From: Verrucomicrobiia bacterium
GTDB taxonomy: Bacteria; Verrucomicrobiota; Verrucomicrobiia; Limisphaerales; UBA1319
Assembly: GCA_963664225.1 (NCBI GenBank)
Contig: OY760937.1
Coordinates: 736,001 to 800,000, forward strand
Reading direction: 5' to 3'
Length of the DNA stretch: 64,000 nt
The notes under the pieces were generated by a model that made no database searches, was not told the origin of the DNA, and was given only the letters and a program-made list of their open reading frames with translations. Of this stretch, positions 40,839 through 50,470 are shown piece by piece (position 1 is the first letter of the stretch; the number at the start of each line of letters is the position of its first letter). A program made the position numbers and the translations under genes.

Positions 40839-41609
40839 ATGAGTTCCGATGTCACCCAAACGGCAGGGTTTTATGACTTTTTAGCCTGGCTTGAAGTCAA
40901 TAAGAAGCGGGTAGTCACCATCATTGCGGTGGTGGCTGTTTTGGCGTTGGCCATTTCTTATGTGATTTATAACAAAAATCAACGGGAAATCGCCGCAGAC
41001 GCCGCTTTGTTAAAGCTCGGAATGCCCCTGACGCAATCCGGCGCCGCGCCCACCGCAACCGCCAAGGACTTTGAAAAGGTGGCGATCGATTTTGCGGGGA
41101 CCGGAGCGGCCGAGCGCGCCACGCTCCAAAGCGCGGGACTTCTCTTCTCCGAGGGCCAGTATTCTGAGGCGCTCAATCAATTTAAGAAATTCCAATCCGT
41201 TTACGGATCCGGTCGAATGGCGGGCATCGCCGCAATCGGAGTTGCCGCCTGTTTGGAGGCTCAAACGAATAAGACGGATGAGGCCGTCACCGCCTACAAA
41301 GACGTGCTGGCACGGTATCCCTCGGAAAGCGTTGCCGGACAAGCCCGGATTGCCCTGGGTCGGATTTATGAGGCCAAAAAGCAGCCGGATGTGGCGCTCA
41401 AGTATTACGACGAAGTTTTGAAGAGCAGCGCGCGCTCCGGCTGGGCCAGCGAGGCGGGCCAGTTTCGCGAAATGCTCCTGGCGAAGAATCCCAATCTGGT
41501 TACCAACACCGTTCCCGCAGCGGTGAAGTTGGCGCCTGAGATGAAAGCAGCTCCCGCACTCACGAATGCCCTGAAGTCGGTCAATGCCGCCACAAACACC
41601 GCGAAGTAA
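40839..41609 (+). CDS. Membrane-anchored TPR protein (YfgM-like)
   Basis: Single TM helix followed by TPR-like helices. Confidence 0.7.
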   Translation: MSSDVTQTAGFYDFLAWLEVNKKRVVTIIAVVAVLALAISYVIYNKNQREIAADAALLKLGMPLTQSGAAPTATAKDFEKVAIDFAGTGAAERATLQSAGLLFSEGQYSEALNQFKKFQSVYGSGRMAGIAAIGVAACLEAQTNKTDEAVTAYKDVLARYPSESVAGQARIALGRIYEAKKQPDVALKYYDEVLKSSARSGWASEAGQFREMLLAKNPNLVTNTVPAAVKLAPEMKAAPALTNALKSVNAATNTAK

Positions 41610-41611
41610 CC

Positions 41612-42901
41612 GTGAAGATTTCGATCATCGGAACCGGTTACGTGGGGTTGGTCACGGGAACGTGCTTTGCCGAACTGGGCCACCAGGTGATTTGCGTCGA
41701 TTGCGACGAGAAGAAGGTTGCGATGCTCCGCGCCGGGGGCATGCCCATTTACGAGCCTGGCCTTGAGGAACTGGTTCAGAAGAATGTGGCGTCGGGGCGG
41801 TTAAGTTTCACGGCGAGCACGAAGGAGGGGGTGGAGCAATCCCAAGCCATTTTCATTGCGGTGCCGACACCGCCGTTGCCCGATGGCGGGGTGGATTTGA
41901 GTTTTGTGGAGGGAGTGGCGCGGGAAATTGCCACGGCCATGACCAGTTACAAGATCGTGGTGGACAAGAGCACCGTTCCGGTAAGAACCGGCGAGAAGGT
42001 GGCCGAGACGATCAAACGCTACTGCAAGAACAAGGTGGAGTTCGATGTGGTCAGCAATCCCGAATTTTTACGCGAGGGTTTCGCCGTCGGCGATTTTCTG
42101 CACCCGGATCGGGTTGTGATTGGCGTGACTTCCCAACGCCCGGTTCAGGCGATGAAGGATATTTACGGCCCCTGCGAGGCGCCGATCATCGTGACGGATA
42201 TCAATTCCGCGGAGTTGATCAAGCACGCGGCCAACTCGTTTCTGGCACTCAAGATTTCGTACATTAACGCGCTCTCCGTGATTTGCGAGCAATCCAAGGC
42301 GAATATTCAAGAGGTGGCCAATGGGATTGGCATGGACGCGCGCATTGGGCGTCAATTTTTGGATGCCTCGCTTGGCTTTGGAGGCAGTTGCTTTCCGAAG
42401 GATTTAAGCGCTTTCATCAAGATCAGCGAGCAGTTGGGTTACAATTTCGCGCTTCTTAAAGAGGTCCAGAACATCAATACCCAGCAAATGGAGCGGTTTG
42501 TCAAAAAGATCACCGACACCTTGTGGGTGGTGAAAGACAAAACGATCGGTGTGCTCGGTCTGGCGTTCAAGCAAAACACGGACGACATCCGCATGTCGCC
42601 CGCCATCGATTTGTGTGAGCGACTGCAGAAGGAAGGCGCGCGCCTGCGTGCTTACGATCCCAAGGCGATGGAGAAGGCCAAGGCGGTGCTGACCGGGGTT
42701 GAGTATGTCAATGACATGAACGCGGTGGCGGATGGCTGCGATGCCCTGGTGATTGCGACCGAGTGGCCTGAGTTTAAGAAGCTGGATCTGGACAGAGCGC
42801 GCAGGAAGATGACGCATCCGATTCTTTTCGACGGCCGCAATCTGTTCGATGCTCCCGAGATGGAGCGGCTTGGCTTCATTTATAAATCGATCGGTCGTTA
42901 A
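41612..42901 (+). CDS. ugd: UDP-glucose 6-dehydrogenase
   Basis: GTGYVG, KSTVP, NPEFLREG, GFGGSCFPKD, DGRN. Confidence 0.93.
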   Translation: MKISIIGTGYVGLVTGTCFAELGHQVICVDCDEKKVAMLRAGGMPIYEPGLEELVQKNVASGRLSFTASTKEGVEQSQAIFIAVPTPPLPDGGVDLSFVEGVAREIATAMTSYKIVVDKSTVPVRTGEKVAETIKRYCKNKVEFDVVSNPEFLREGFAVGDFLHPDRVVIGVTSQRPVQAMKDIYGPCEAPIIVTDINSAELIKHAANSFLALKISYINALSVICEQSKANIQEVANGIGMDARIGRQFLDASLGFGGSCFPKDLSAFIKISEQLGYNFALLKEVQNINTQQMERFVKKITDTLWVVKDKTIGVLGLAFKQNTDDIRMSPAIDLCERLQKEGARLRAYDPKAMEKAKAVLTGVEYVNDMNAVADGCDALVIATEWPEFKKLDLDRARRKMTHPILFDGRNLFDAPEMERLGFIYKSIGR

Positions 42902-42905
42902 CCGG

Positions 42906-43316
42906 ATGAAGCCGGTCGAAGTTTCCGCAGGGCTTGTCTTTCGTGGCGGCAAGCTGCTCATCACCCAACGGCGTCCGGGAGATCATCTGGGCGGATTGTG
43001 GGAATTTCCAGGAGGCAAGCGCGAACCGGGTGAGACTTTCGAGCAATGCCTGATTCGTGAATTGAGAGAGGAATTGGGGATCGACGTGGAGGTTTTGGGA
43101 CATCTGGAATCGGTAACGCACGAATATCCTGAGAAGACGGTACGGCTTGAGTTTTTCCGATGTTCCTGGCTGCGCGATGAACCGCGCGCCCTTGGCTGTC
43201 ATGACTTTGCTTGGGTCGAGGCAGGGGATTTAATGCGGTATGTCTTCCCGCCCGCGGATGCGCGCCTGCTCGATCGACTCATTCAGACGCCGGATTTGTG
43301 GCTCGAAAAGAAATGA
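42906..43316 (+). CDS. mutT: 8-oxo-dGTP diphosphatase (NUDIX)
   Basis: WEFPGGKREPGETFEQCLIRELREELGI, FPPAD. Confidence 0.85.
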   Translation: MKPVEVSAGLVFRGGKLLITQRRPGDHLGGLWEFPGGKREPGETFEQCLIRELREELGIDVEVLGHLESVTHEYPEKTVRLEFFRCSWLRDEPRALGCHDFAWVEAGDLMRYVFPPADARLLDRLIQTPDLWLEKK

Positions 43317-43350
43317 AAAACCGTCGTGCATAAGTCATGTTGATTGCACG

Positions 43351-43998
43351 ATGGGAAACATTGATCAGACTTTTGTAGATTTGCTCGCTGAAGTGCGTGC
43401 CTGCAACCGGTGCGCGGATTTTCTTCCCAATCCTCCGAAACCCATTTTGCGCGGTCTGCCGTCGGCGAGATTATTGATTGTGGGACAGGCCCCGGGTCGC
43501 CGGGTTCATGAGACGGGGATTCCCTGGAACGATCCATCCGGGGATCGACTCAGGCGCTGGCTGGGGATGAGTCGCGAGGAGTTTTACGATGAGTCGCGGA
43601 TTGCGATCATCCCGGCGGGGTTGTGTTATCCCGGCACGAAGAACGGAGGCGACCTGCCGCCACGTCCCGAGTGCGCGCCTTTGTGGCATCCCCGATTGCG
43701 CGCTGTTCTTACGCAGATTCAATTGACGCTGTTGATTGGCCGATATGCCCAAGCCTGGTATTTGGGCTGCCTGGCGAAGCCGACGCTTGCGGAGACTGTG
43801 CGGAGTGGCCGGGAGTATGCGCCGGACTTTATTCCATTGCCGCATCCCAGTCCGCGCAATGTCCGCTGGTTTAAAACGCATCCGTGGTTCGATGCGGAAG
43901 TCGTGCCTGAGTTGCGAAAAAGGGTGCGCGCGCTCCTGGACGGACAGATGCCGCAGATGGATGCAGATGGGATTGGGAGAACCGCTAATTGGCACTGA
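43351..43998 (+). CDS. Uracil-DNA glycosylase superfamily protein
   Basis: GQAPG, WNDPSGDRLR, CYPG, LPHPSPRN. Confidence 0.88.
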   Translation: MGNIDQTFVDLLAEVRACNRCADFLPNPPKPILRGLPSARLLIVGQAPGRRVHETGIPWNDPSGDRLRRWLGMSREEFYDESRIAIIPAGLCYPGTKNGGDLPPRPECAPLWHPRLRAVLTQIQLTLLIGRYAQAWYLGCLAKPTLAETVRSGREYAPDFIPLPHPSPRNVRWFKTHPWFDAEVVPELRKRVRALLDGQMPQMDADGIGRTANWH

Positions 43999-44245
43999 TA
44001 AACGGATACGGATGGGAATTCCGAAGTATTTTGTTATGCGAATGATTGGATGGTTTGGGAGGTGGCCGCCGCGCGGGGTGGCTGGGGGGCAGAATTTTAC
44101 ATGGATAGTCAGGATGGACAGGATTTTTGACCACGGATATGACGGATGGCACGGATGGGGAAATTAATTTCGAGACCGTAAGCAGGAGATTGTTTTACAT
44201 CTTTATTCAACTTTCTGAAGAAATTTGTTGCGCGGCCGGCGGAAT

Positions 44246-45607
44246 TTAGGTGGCGGTTTCGACCGCTTCATCCTGGATGTAGGTTTTTTCCTTGTAGAAC
44301 AGGGCGGCAAAGACAAAGAGGATCGATGTCAAAAGCATGGTGGCTGCAAAGAAGAGGTAATAATTGACGCCCGACAGTTTGCTCGTGCCGTCCGGATTTT
44401 GAATGAGGTAGTTGATGGCGGCGGTAAAGGCGTTTCCCAGAGAAATGGAGAGCAGATAGAAAGACATCATGAAGGACTTCATTTTCTTCGGCGCCTGGGT
44501 GTAGGAGAATTCCAGGCAGGTGATGGAGACCATGATTTCCGCGGCTGTGATGATGGCGTAATCGAGGAATTGCCATCCGATGCTGGGCTGTGCGCCCGAG
44601 GCAATGCGGCTTTCGATCCAGGCGGGGATGACGAAAGTGGGCACGGTTAGGAACAGGCCAATGCCAATTTTTCTGAGCGGAGTCAGTGGAAAGAGGCGGT
44701 TCATGGCAGGATAGATCCAGTACGAAAAAACCGGGATGAAGAGGAGGATCATCAGCGGGTTCAAGGCCTGAATTTGAGAGGGGAGCCAGGTGATGCCCAG
44801 GAAATGGCAGTTCATTTTTTCGGCCTGCAACACCCAGGATGAGCCGGTTTGGTTCCAGAGCGCCCAAAACATGGCCACAAAGACGTAGATGCCGCTCAAT
44901 TTTAGGATGCATTGCAGGCCAGTGCGGCTGAATGCCTCCCGGACGAATGCCATGCCGGTGGGCGGAATACGGACGAAGCGCCGACGGCCCAGCCACATCA
45001 CGACGACCGCGGCGATCATGAAGATTCCCGGAACGCCGAAGGCCGCCCTGGGACCGTAATTAACCAGCAGCCAGGGGGTCAGAAGGGTGGAAAAGAAGGA
45101 TCCAAAGTTGACCGCAAAGTAAAACCAGCCAAATACGCGTGATAACAAATGCTGGTTGGAGGGGCCGAATTGATCGCCCACAAGCGCGGAAACGCATGGT
45201 TTAATGCCGCCCGATCCAATGGCAATCAACGCCAGGCCAACAATCAGTCCGAGCCGGGTTTGATCTGCCGCCAATGTAAGCGACCCAAGACAATACACGA
45301 TGGAAAGGGAGATGATGACAGGGTATTTGCCCCAGAGGGCGTCGGCAAAAATGGCGCCGAAAATAGGCAGGAAATAGACCGCGGAGACGAAGAGGTGGAA
45401 CCACGACTTGGCCTGTTCGGGATGCATGACGGCCAATTGGCCATTGGGGCCGAGCAGGTATTGAGTCATGAACACCGTAAGAATGGTGTTCATTCCATAA
45501 AAACAAAACCGTTCGGCGGCTTCGTTGCCGATGATGAAGGGTATGCCGCCCGGCATGCCTGTGGATGTTGCCGGAGCAGTGCGGTAGTTGAGATTGGGAG
45601 CGGCCAT
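44246..45607 (-). CDS. POT/PTR-family proton-dependent oligopeptide transporter
   Basis: [34 protein letters not shown]. Confidence 0.93.
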   Translation of the reverse strand: MAAPNLNYRTAPATSTGMPGGIPFIIGNEAAERFCFYGMNTILTVFMTQYLLGPNGQLAVMHPEQAKSWFHLFVSAVYFLPIFGAIFADALWGKYPVIISLSIVYCLGSLTLAADQTRLGLIVGLALIAIGSGGIKPCVSALVGDQFGPSNQHLLSRVFGWFYFAVNFGSFFSTLLTPWLLVNYGPRAAFGVPGIFMIAAVVVMWLGRRRFVRIPPTGMAFVREAFSRTGLQCILKLSGIYVFVAMFWALWNQTGSSWVLQAEKMNCHFLGITWLPSQIQALNPLMILLFIPVFSYWIYPAMNRLFPLTPLRKIGIGLFLTVPTFVIPAWIESRIASGAQPSIGWQFLDYAIITAAEIMVSITCLEFSYTQAPKKMKSFMMSFYLLSISLGNAFTAAINYLIQNPDGTSKLSGVNYYLFFAATMLLTSILFVFAALFYKEKTYIQDEAVETAT

Positions 45608-45791
45608 AAGTTCGCGGCTTATATATCACCATGAATGCATTTCAATCAAGCGTATTACCAATCGGGGGCGGGACATGGATGTGGCGAAGAGGAATTAACA
45701 TGGATAGTCAGGATGGACAGGATTGGGAAATGGCGGAGGGGACAACCACAGGCAGGGAGTGGAGAATAACGGGTTATAAACATGGATGGAC

Positions 45792-46004
45792 AGGATAAAC
45801 AGGATGGGGAGTGGATAAGCCAGGGAAATCCGCAGATGCCGTAGAGCGACGCAGATGGGATAGGGAGAACCGCTAATTGGCACTGATAACCGCTAATACG
45901 GATGGGGAGGAAATGGATCATTGACCAGCCAACATCGAACGTGCAATCGGACGGAGAATTTAACCACATAGAACGGGTGGATCACAGAGAAGGAATCGGA
46001 AGAA
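45792..46004 (+). repeat. 213-bp direct repeat, copy 1 (abuts the IS3 end at 46005)
   Basis: Matches 47285-47497 with 3 mismatches. Confidence 0.93.
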
Positions 46005-46046
46005 TGGGCTTGCTTCGATAAATCGGACACAGAAGACACATATAGG

Positions 46047-46889
46047 TTATTTGGATATATTTTCAAAGTCAACAGGAGACATGTAATTGAGTGTGCTGTG
46101 TAAACGCTGTCGATTATAGAAGGTCTCGATGTAATCAAAGATGGCCTGTCGGGCCTGGGCTCGGGTCGCAAAGACCCGGCGATAAACCAGTTCTTGTTTA
46201 AGGGTGCTCCAAAAGGATTCCATGGCCGCGTTGTCATAGCAGTTGCCACTGCGGCTCATGCTCGCCAGGGCACCGGAGGTTTCCATCGCCCGGCGATAAT
46301 CCTGACTGGCATACTGGACTCCCCGGTCTGAATGAAAGAGCAATCCGGGTTCGGGTTGCCGCTGAATGCAGGCCATGTTCCAGGCCGACAGGACCAGTTC
46401 GGTGTCAATGTGCTCGCTCATGCCCCAACCCACGATGCGGCGGCTGTAAAGGTCTTCAATGCCAGCGAGATAGAGCCAGCCTTCATCGGTGGCAATGTAG
46501 GTGATGTCCCCGACCCAAGTCTGATTGCGTTGGTCCGGTGGCGCGGCTTGAGCCAGCCGGTTGGGGGCAATGGGCTGATCATGATTGCTGTCGGTGGTTC
46601 GGACCTTGAAACGCTTTTTAGAACGCGCCTGCAGGCCTTCCTGGCGCATTAAACGGGCGATGTGGTTGCGACCATGGCAGTGCCCCTGGTGCTTCAAGGC
46701 GATCTGGATGCGCGGGCTGCCATAGGTTTTGCGGCTGCCATTGAAAATCGTTGTGATGGTCCCTTTCAATACGGCGTCCTGACGGGCACGCAACGAAGGC
46801 TGGATTTGCCGTCGGCACCAATCATAGTAGCCGCTAAAAGACACATCAAAGGCCTCACAGAGCAGGCGGATGGGATGATCGACTTTCAT
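46047..46889 (-). CDS. IS3 OrfB DDE transposase (probably fused to OrfA by -1 frameshift)
   Basis: WVGDITY, HSDRGVQY, DNAAMESFWSTLKQE; A8 slippery run (T8 at 46942-46949) with the OrfB frame open from there. Confidence 0.93.
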   Translation of the reverse strand: MKVDHPIRLLCEAFDVSFSGYYDWCRRQIQPSLRARQDAVLKGTITTIFNGSRKTYGSPRIQIALKHQGHCHGRNHIARLMRQEGLQARSKKRFKVRTTDSNHDQPIAPNRLAQAAPPDQRNQTWVGDITYIATDEGWLYLAGIEDLYSRRIVGWGMSEHIDTELVLSAWNMACIQRQPEPGLLFHSDRGVQYASQDYRRAMETSGALASMSRSGNCYDNAAMESFWSTLKQELVYRRVFATRAQARQAIFDYIETFYNRQRLHSTLNYMSPVDFENISK

Positions 46890-47239
46890 CGCTTCAACCC
46901 GTTGATAGCGTTGCTCTGGGGGTCCGAAAGAATTCCCAACGTTTTTTTTAGAATCTCCCGCTGCTGGCGCACATAGTCCAGTTCGCGCAACAAAGCGGCA
47001 TTGTCGGCCAGCAACTGCTCACGGGTCTTTGTTTCGGCTCCTTCCCCTGTTGGCAGCGGAACATATTTTGCGCGCCAGGCATAGAGTCGCTCCATTTTTA
47101 TCCCCAGTTCAGCCGCCACGGTGGAGGCCGATTTCCCGCTGGATTTCCAGAGGTTCACGGCTTCCTGCTTAAATGCAGAATCATACTTCGGATGAGTCTT
47201 GGAATCGGGAATCACAGATTGCTTCATACGGTTTTTCAT
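46886..47239 (-). CDS. IS3 OrfA (HTH)
   Basis: KYDSAFKQEAV..VAAELGI..LYAW, coiled coil, EILKK. Confidence 0.9.
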   Translation of the reverse strand: MKNRMKQSVIPDSKTHPKYDSAFKQEAVNLWKSSGKSASTVAAELGIKMERLYAWRAKYVPLPTGEGAETKTREQLLADNAALLRELDYVRQQREILKKTLGILSDPQSNAINGLKR

Positions 47240-47284
47240 TAAGTTTCGCTCCGCTCCTGTGTCCGTCAAATCGAAGCAACCTCA

Positions 47285-47497
47285 AGGATAAACAGGATGG
47301 GGAGTGGATAAGCCAGGGAAATCCGCAGATGCCGAAGAGCGACGCAGATGGGATAGGGAGAACCGCTAATTGGCACTGATAAACGCTAATACGGATGGGG
47401 AGGAAATGGATCATTGACCAGCCAACATCGAACGTCCAATCGGACGGAGAATTTAACCACATAGAACGGGTGGATCACAGAGAAGGAATCGGAAGAA
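47285..47497 (+). repeat. 213-bp direct repeat, copy 2 (abuts the IS3 end at 47284)
   Basis: Matches 45792-46004. Confidence 0.93.
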
Positions 47498-47590
47498 TAA
47501 TCCACATGGATGGGAAGGATGGACAGGATGGGGAAATGGGAAGTATGGATAATTGAGGGGCGGTTTGAAGTGGAAAAAGAGAGCCGTATT

Positions 47591-49027
47591 GGGGCTGTAA
47601 AAATAATTGTGTAAGTGGCCTGAGAGAGATGAAAGGATTAACGACATGGCCATTACCGATGAAGTGCTAAACGAACTGCTTAAGGATTATCAGAAGCCCG
47701 AGGATTTATTGGGCAAGGATGGGATCTTCAAGCAACTGCAGAAGCGGTTGCTGGAGAAGGCGATGAGTGCGGAATTGACGGTGCATTTGGGTTACGACAA
47801 GCATGACCCGGCGGGCCGCAACTCGGGCAACTCGCGCAACGGCACCAGTCCCAAGACCCTCAAGGGAGAGTTTGGTCACCTGGAGCTGGCGACGCCCCGG
47901 GATCGCAATGGAACCTTTGAGCCGCTGATCGTGGCCAAGGGGCAACGCCGGTTCGAGGGATTTGACCAAGCGATCCTCAGTCTGTATTCGCGTGGCATGA
48001 CGACGCGGGAGATTGAAGGGCACCTGTTGGACATATACGGGGTGGAGGTGTCGCCGACTCTGGTCTCGCAAGTGACCGAGGCGGTGTGCGCCGATGTGAA
48101 GGTCTGGCAGGACCGACCATTGGAGGAAGTTTACCCCATTGTCTATTTTGATGCGCTCTGGGGCAAGGTGCGGCAGGACGGTCAGGTGGCCAAGGTGGCG
48201 GTGTATCTGGCGCTGGGGATCACGATGACCGGGCAGAAGGAGGTTCTGGGCATGTGGGCGGCTCACAGTGAGGGGGCCAAGTTTTGGCTGCATGTGCTGA
48301 CGGAGCTTAAAAACCGGGGAGTAAAGGACATCTTTATTGGCTGCGTGGATGGGATTAAAGGCTTCCCTGAAGCGATGGAAACGGTCTTTCCGGCGACCCA
48401 GGTGCAGCTCTGCCTGGTGCACATGGTGCGTAATTCGCTCAGCTACGTGGGATGGAAGGAGCGCAAAGCGGTGGCCGCCGATTTGAAGGCGATTTATCGG
48501 GCGGCGACGGTGGCCCAGGCCGAGCAGGCGCTGGAGGCTTTTGCCCAAAAGTGGGACAAAAAATACCCGTCGATCAGCAAGAGCTGGCGGGCGCACTGGC
48601 CGGAACTGATCACGTTTTTGAAGTATCCTGAAGAGATCCGCAAAGCCATTTATACGACCAATGCGATTGAGTCGGTGAACCGATCGCTATGTAAAATCAC
48701 CAAGAATCGGGGCGTTTTTCCAAACGAGGAATCCCTGCTCAAACTCTATTATCTGGCGCTGGAACGGGCGGCCAAAAAGTGGACCATGCCCATCCACAAT
48801 TGGGGCCAGGCGCTGAACCGATTTGCCATTGAATTTGGGGACCGGATGCCCCAGTTGGCTTGAGCCGCCATGAAAACTGGATACGCAAGCCCATTTAACC
48901 GCAGGGGGCGCGAGCTAAGGCTCAAGGCTCGCCCCCTGCTGGTTCTATCTCGCTGCGAAAACGCAGGGAGTCATAACAACAAAAAACAAAACTAAAAAAT
49001 CACTTACACAGTTTTCTTTACAAAACC
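47591..49027 (+). mobile_element. IS256-family insertion sequence, 1437 bp, 8-bp TSD
   Basis: 27-bp imperfect IRs (GG...TGTAAA....TGTGTAAGTG); GCCGTATT at 47583-47590 and 49028-49035. Confidence 0.95.
47646..48863 (+). CDS. IS256 (Mutator-type) transposase
   Basis: NSRNG, PRDRNGTFEP, YFDAL, CVDG, QLCLVH, YTTNAIES. Confidence 0.95.
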   Translation: MAITDEVLNELLKDYQKPEDLLGKDGIFKQLQKRLLEKAMSAELTVHLGYDKHDPAGRNSGNSRNGTSPKTLKGEFGHLELATPRDRNGTFEPLIVAKGQRRFEGFDQAILSLYSRGMTTREIEGHLLDIYGVEVSPTLVSQVTEAVCADVKVWQDRPLEEVYPIVYFDALWGKVRQDGQVAKVAVYLALGITMTGQKEVLGMWAAHSEGAKFWLHVLTELKNRGVKDIFIGCVDGIKGFPEAMETVFPATQVQLCLVHMVRNSLSYVGWKERKAVAADLKAIYRAATVAQAEQALEAFAQKWDKKYPSISKSWRAHWPELITFLKYPEEIRKAIYTTNAIESVNRSLCKITKNRGVFPNEESLLKLYYLALERAAKKWTMPIHNWGQALNRFAIEFGDRMPQLA

Positions 49028-49104
49028 GCCGTATTGCGAGTTCTGGGTTTATTGCACGGTTTGTGCCCCACGAAACAAGGTGTGCTCCGTGAGGTGCATA
49101 CGGT

Positions 49105-49626
49105 TTATCTGACCATAAACTCAGCAGGGAGATGCCGCCAGATGAACATGAAGCCCGAGGCGAAATCCGAGGGTTTTTCCTGAATCCAACGGGTGATCTG
49201 AGCTGGCATGAACCAATCACCGCGCTCGATCTCCTGCGGATGCAGATGAAACGGTCCTTCGTGGATGGCGTGGTAAACCCTGACGAATTCGCAGCCTGTT
49301 TCGCTGCAGGCGGAGATTTTAAAAAGGAACCTGGGTGTTGCAGGCAGCACGATGCCCAACTCCTCTAATACCTCGCGAAGAGCGCATGCGTCGTATGTTT
49401 CACCGGTATCCAGATGACCGGACGCGGAGGAATCCCAAACCCCGGGAAAAGTGTCCTTCGATTGTGACCTTTTTTGCAGGAAGACCTGTCCCCGCGCATT
49501 TGAGATCAAGACATGGACGGCCCGATGTTTAAGCCCCAGGCGATGGACCTCGGAGCGGGGTTTCTGCCCGATGACCTCGTCGTTCTCGTTGACGACATCA
49601 AATATTTCCGCAGAGCAGTCGTTCAT
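49105..49626 (-). CDS. NUDIX hydrolase (IDI type 1/YfcD-like)
   Basis: HRAVHV, LQKRS, SASGHL..GE...ALREVLEELG. Confidence 0.85.
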   Translation of the reverse strand: MNDCSAEIFDVVNENDEVIGQKPRSEVHRLGLKHRAVHVLISNARGQVFLQKRSQSKDTFPGVWDSSASGHLDTGETYDACALREVLEELGIVLPATPRFLFKISACSETGCEFVRVYHAIHEGPFHLHPQEIERGDWFMPAQITRWIQEKPSDFASGFMFIWRHLPAEFMVR

Positions 49627-50450
49627 TTTAGGGACAAAGTTTTTGCAAGTTGCACGAATTGTTCGAGACGAACCGTTTCGGCGCGGGCTTGCAGGGGAAT
49701 CTCCGCCTGTGAAAAAGCGGCGCTTAATTCGGCTTCCGAGGCCATATTCTTGAGCAGTTTAAACATGACCTTGCGCCGCTGGGAAAAACTTTGACGGACT
49801 ATTTTCCCATACATTGGCTCCAGTGCGGGAGGCAGCAACGGGTCCGCGCGGCGTTCCAGGATGACGCAAGCAGAGTCAACGTCCGGTTCCGGAAAGAAAC
49901 ACGATGCGGGAACCTTGAAGGCGCCCAGCGGTTGATAACGCAATTGCACCAGGAGCGATAAGAGGCCGTAATTGGGGTCATCGGCGTGGGCGCGCAGACG
50001 CAGGGCCACTTCCTTCTGCAAGGTGGTCACAATGCGCCGCGGCCCATTGGCATCCATGGCCAGGGAGACAATCAAGCGGGATGCGACGGAGTAGGGGAGA
50101 TTGGACACGAGTTTGTAAGCGGACCAATCGCGCCCGGGTTGCATGAGGTATTCCAAGGCGTCCGCATGAACCAATTCAAAGTTTTTCGAATCCGCAAAGC
50201 GTTTCGCCAGGATTTCGCAGAGGCGACCATCTTTTTCGACGGCCAGCACACGACTGGATTTTTCGATGAGCAGTTCCGTCAATGGTCCCAGGCCGGGACC
50301 GACCTCCAGCACGGGGTCGGATGGCTCCAACGCGGCCGCATCGACAATGCGACGCAACTGGTTGCCATCATGCATGAAATTCTGACCAAGTGATTTGGTC
50401 AGTTGAATCCGGTTTTCGACCAGGATTTGTTTTATGTCGCTCAGTTTCAA
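49623..50450 (-). CDS. rsmA: 16S rRNA m6,2A dimethyltransferase
   Basis: KSLGQNF, LEVGPGLG, SNLPY, QKEVA, F.QRRK, RAE. Confidence 0.95.
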   Translation of the reverse strand: MKLSDIKQILVENRIQLTKSLGQNFMHDGNQLRRIVDAAALEPSDPVLEVGPGLGPLTELLIEKSSRVLAVEKDGRLCEILAKRFADSKNFELVHADALEYLMQPGRDWSAYKLVSNLPYSVASRLIVSLAMDANGPRRIVTTLQKEVALRLRAHADDPNYGLLSLLVQLRYQPLGAFKVPASCFFPEPDVDSACVILERRADPLLPPALEPMYGKIVRQSFSQRRKVMFKLLKNMASEAELSAAFSQAEIPLQARAETVRLEQFVQLAKTLSLK

Positions 50451-50470
50451 TGGGTGCGCATCAGCGGCTA

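Larger units (their letters stand above)
46005..47284 (-). mobile_element. IS3-family insertion sequence, 1280 bp
   Basis: TG..CA ends; 26-bp imperfect IRs TGGGCTTGCTTCGATAAATCGGACAC / TGAGGTTGCTTCGATTTGACGGACAC; orfA/orfB. Confidence 0.95.

Noticed and set aside
46005..49027. Composite transposon formed by the two adjacent IS elements
   Set aside because: They belong to different families (IS3, IS256), each has its own ends, and no cargo gene lies between them
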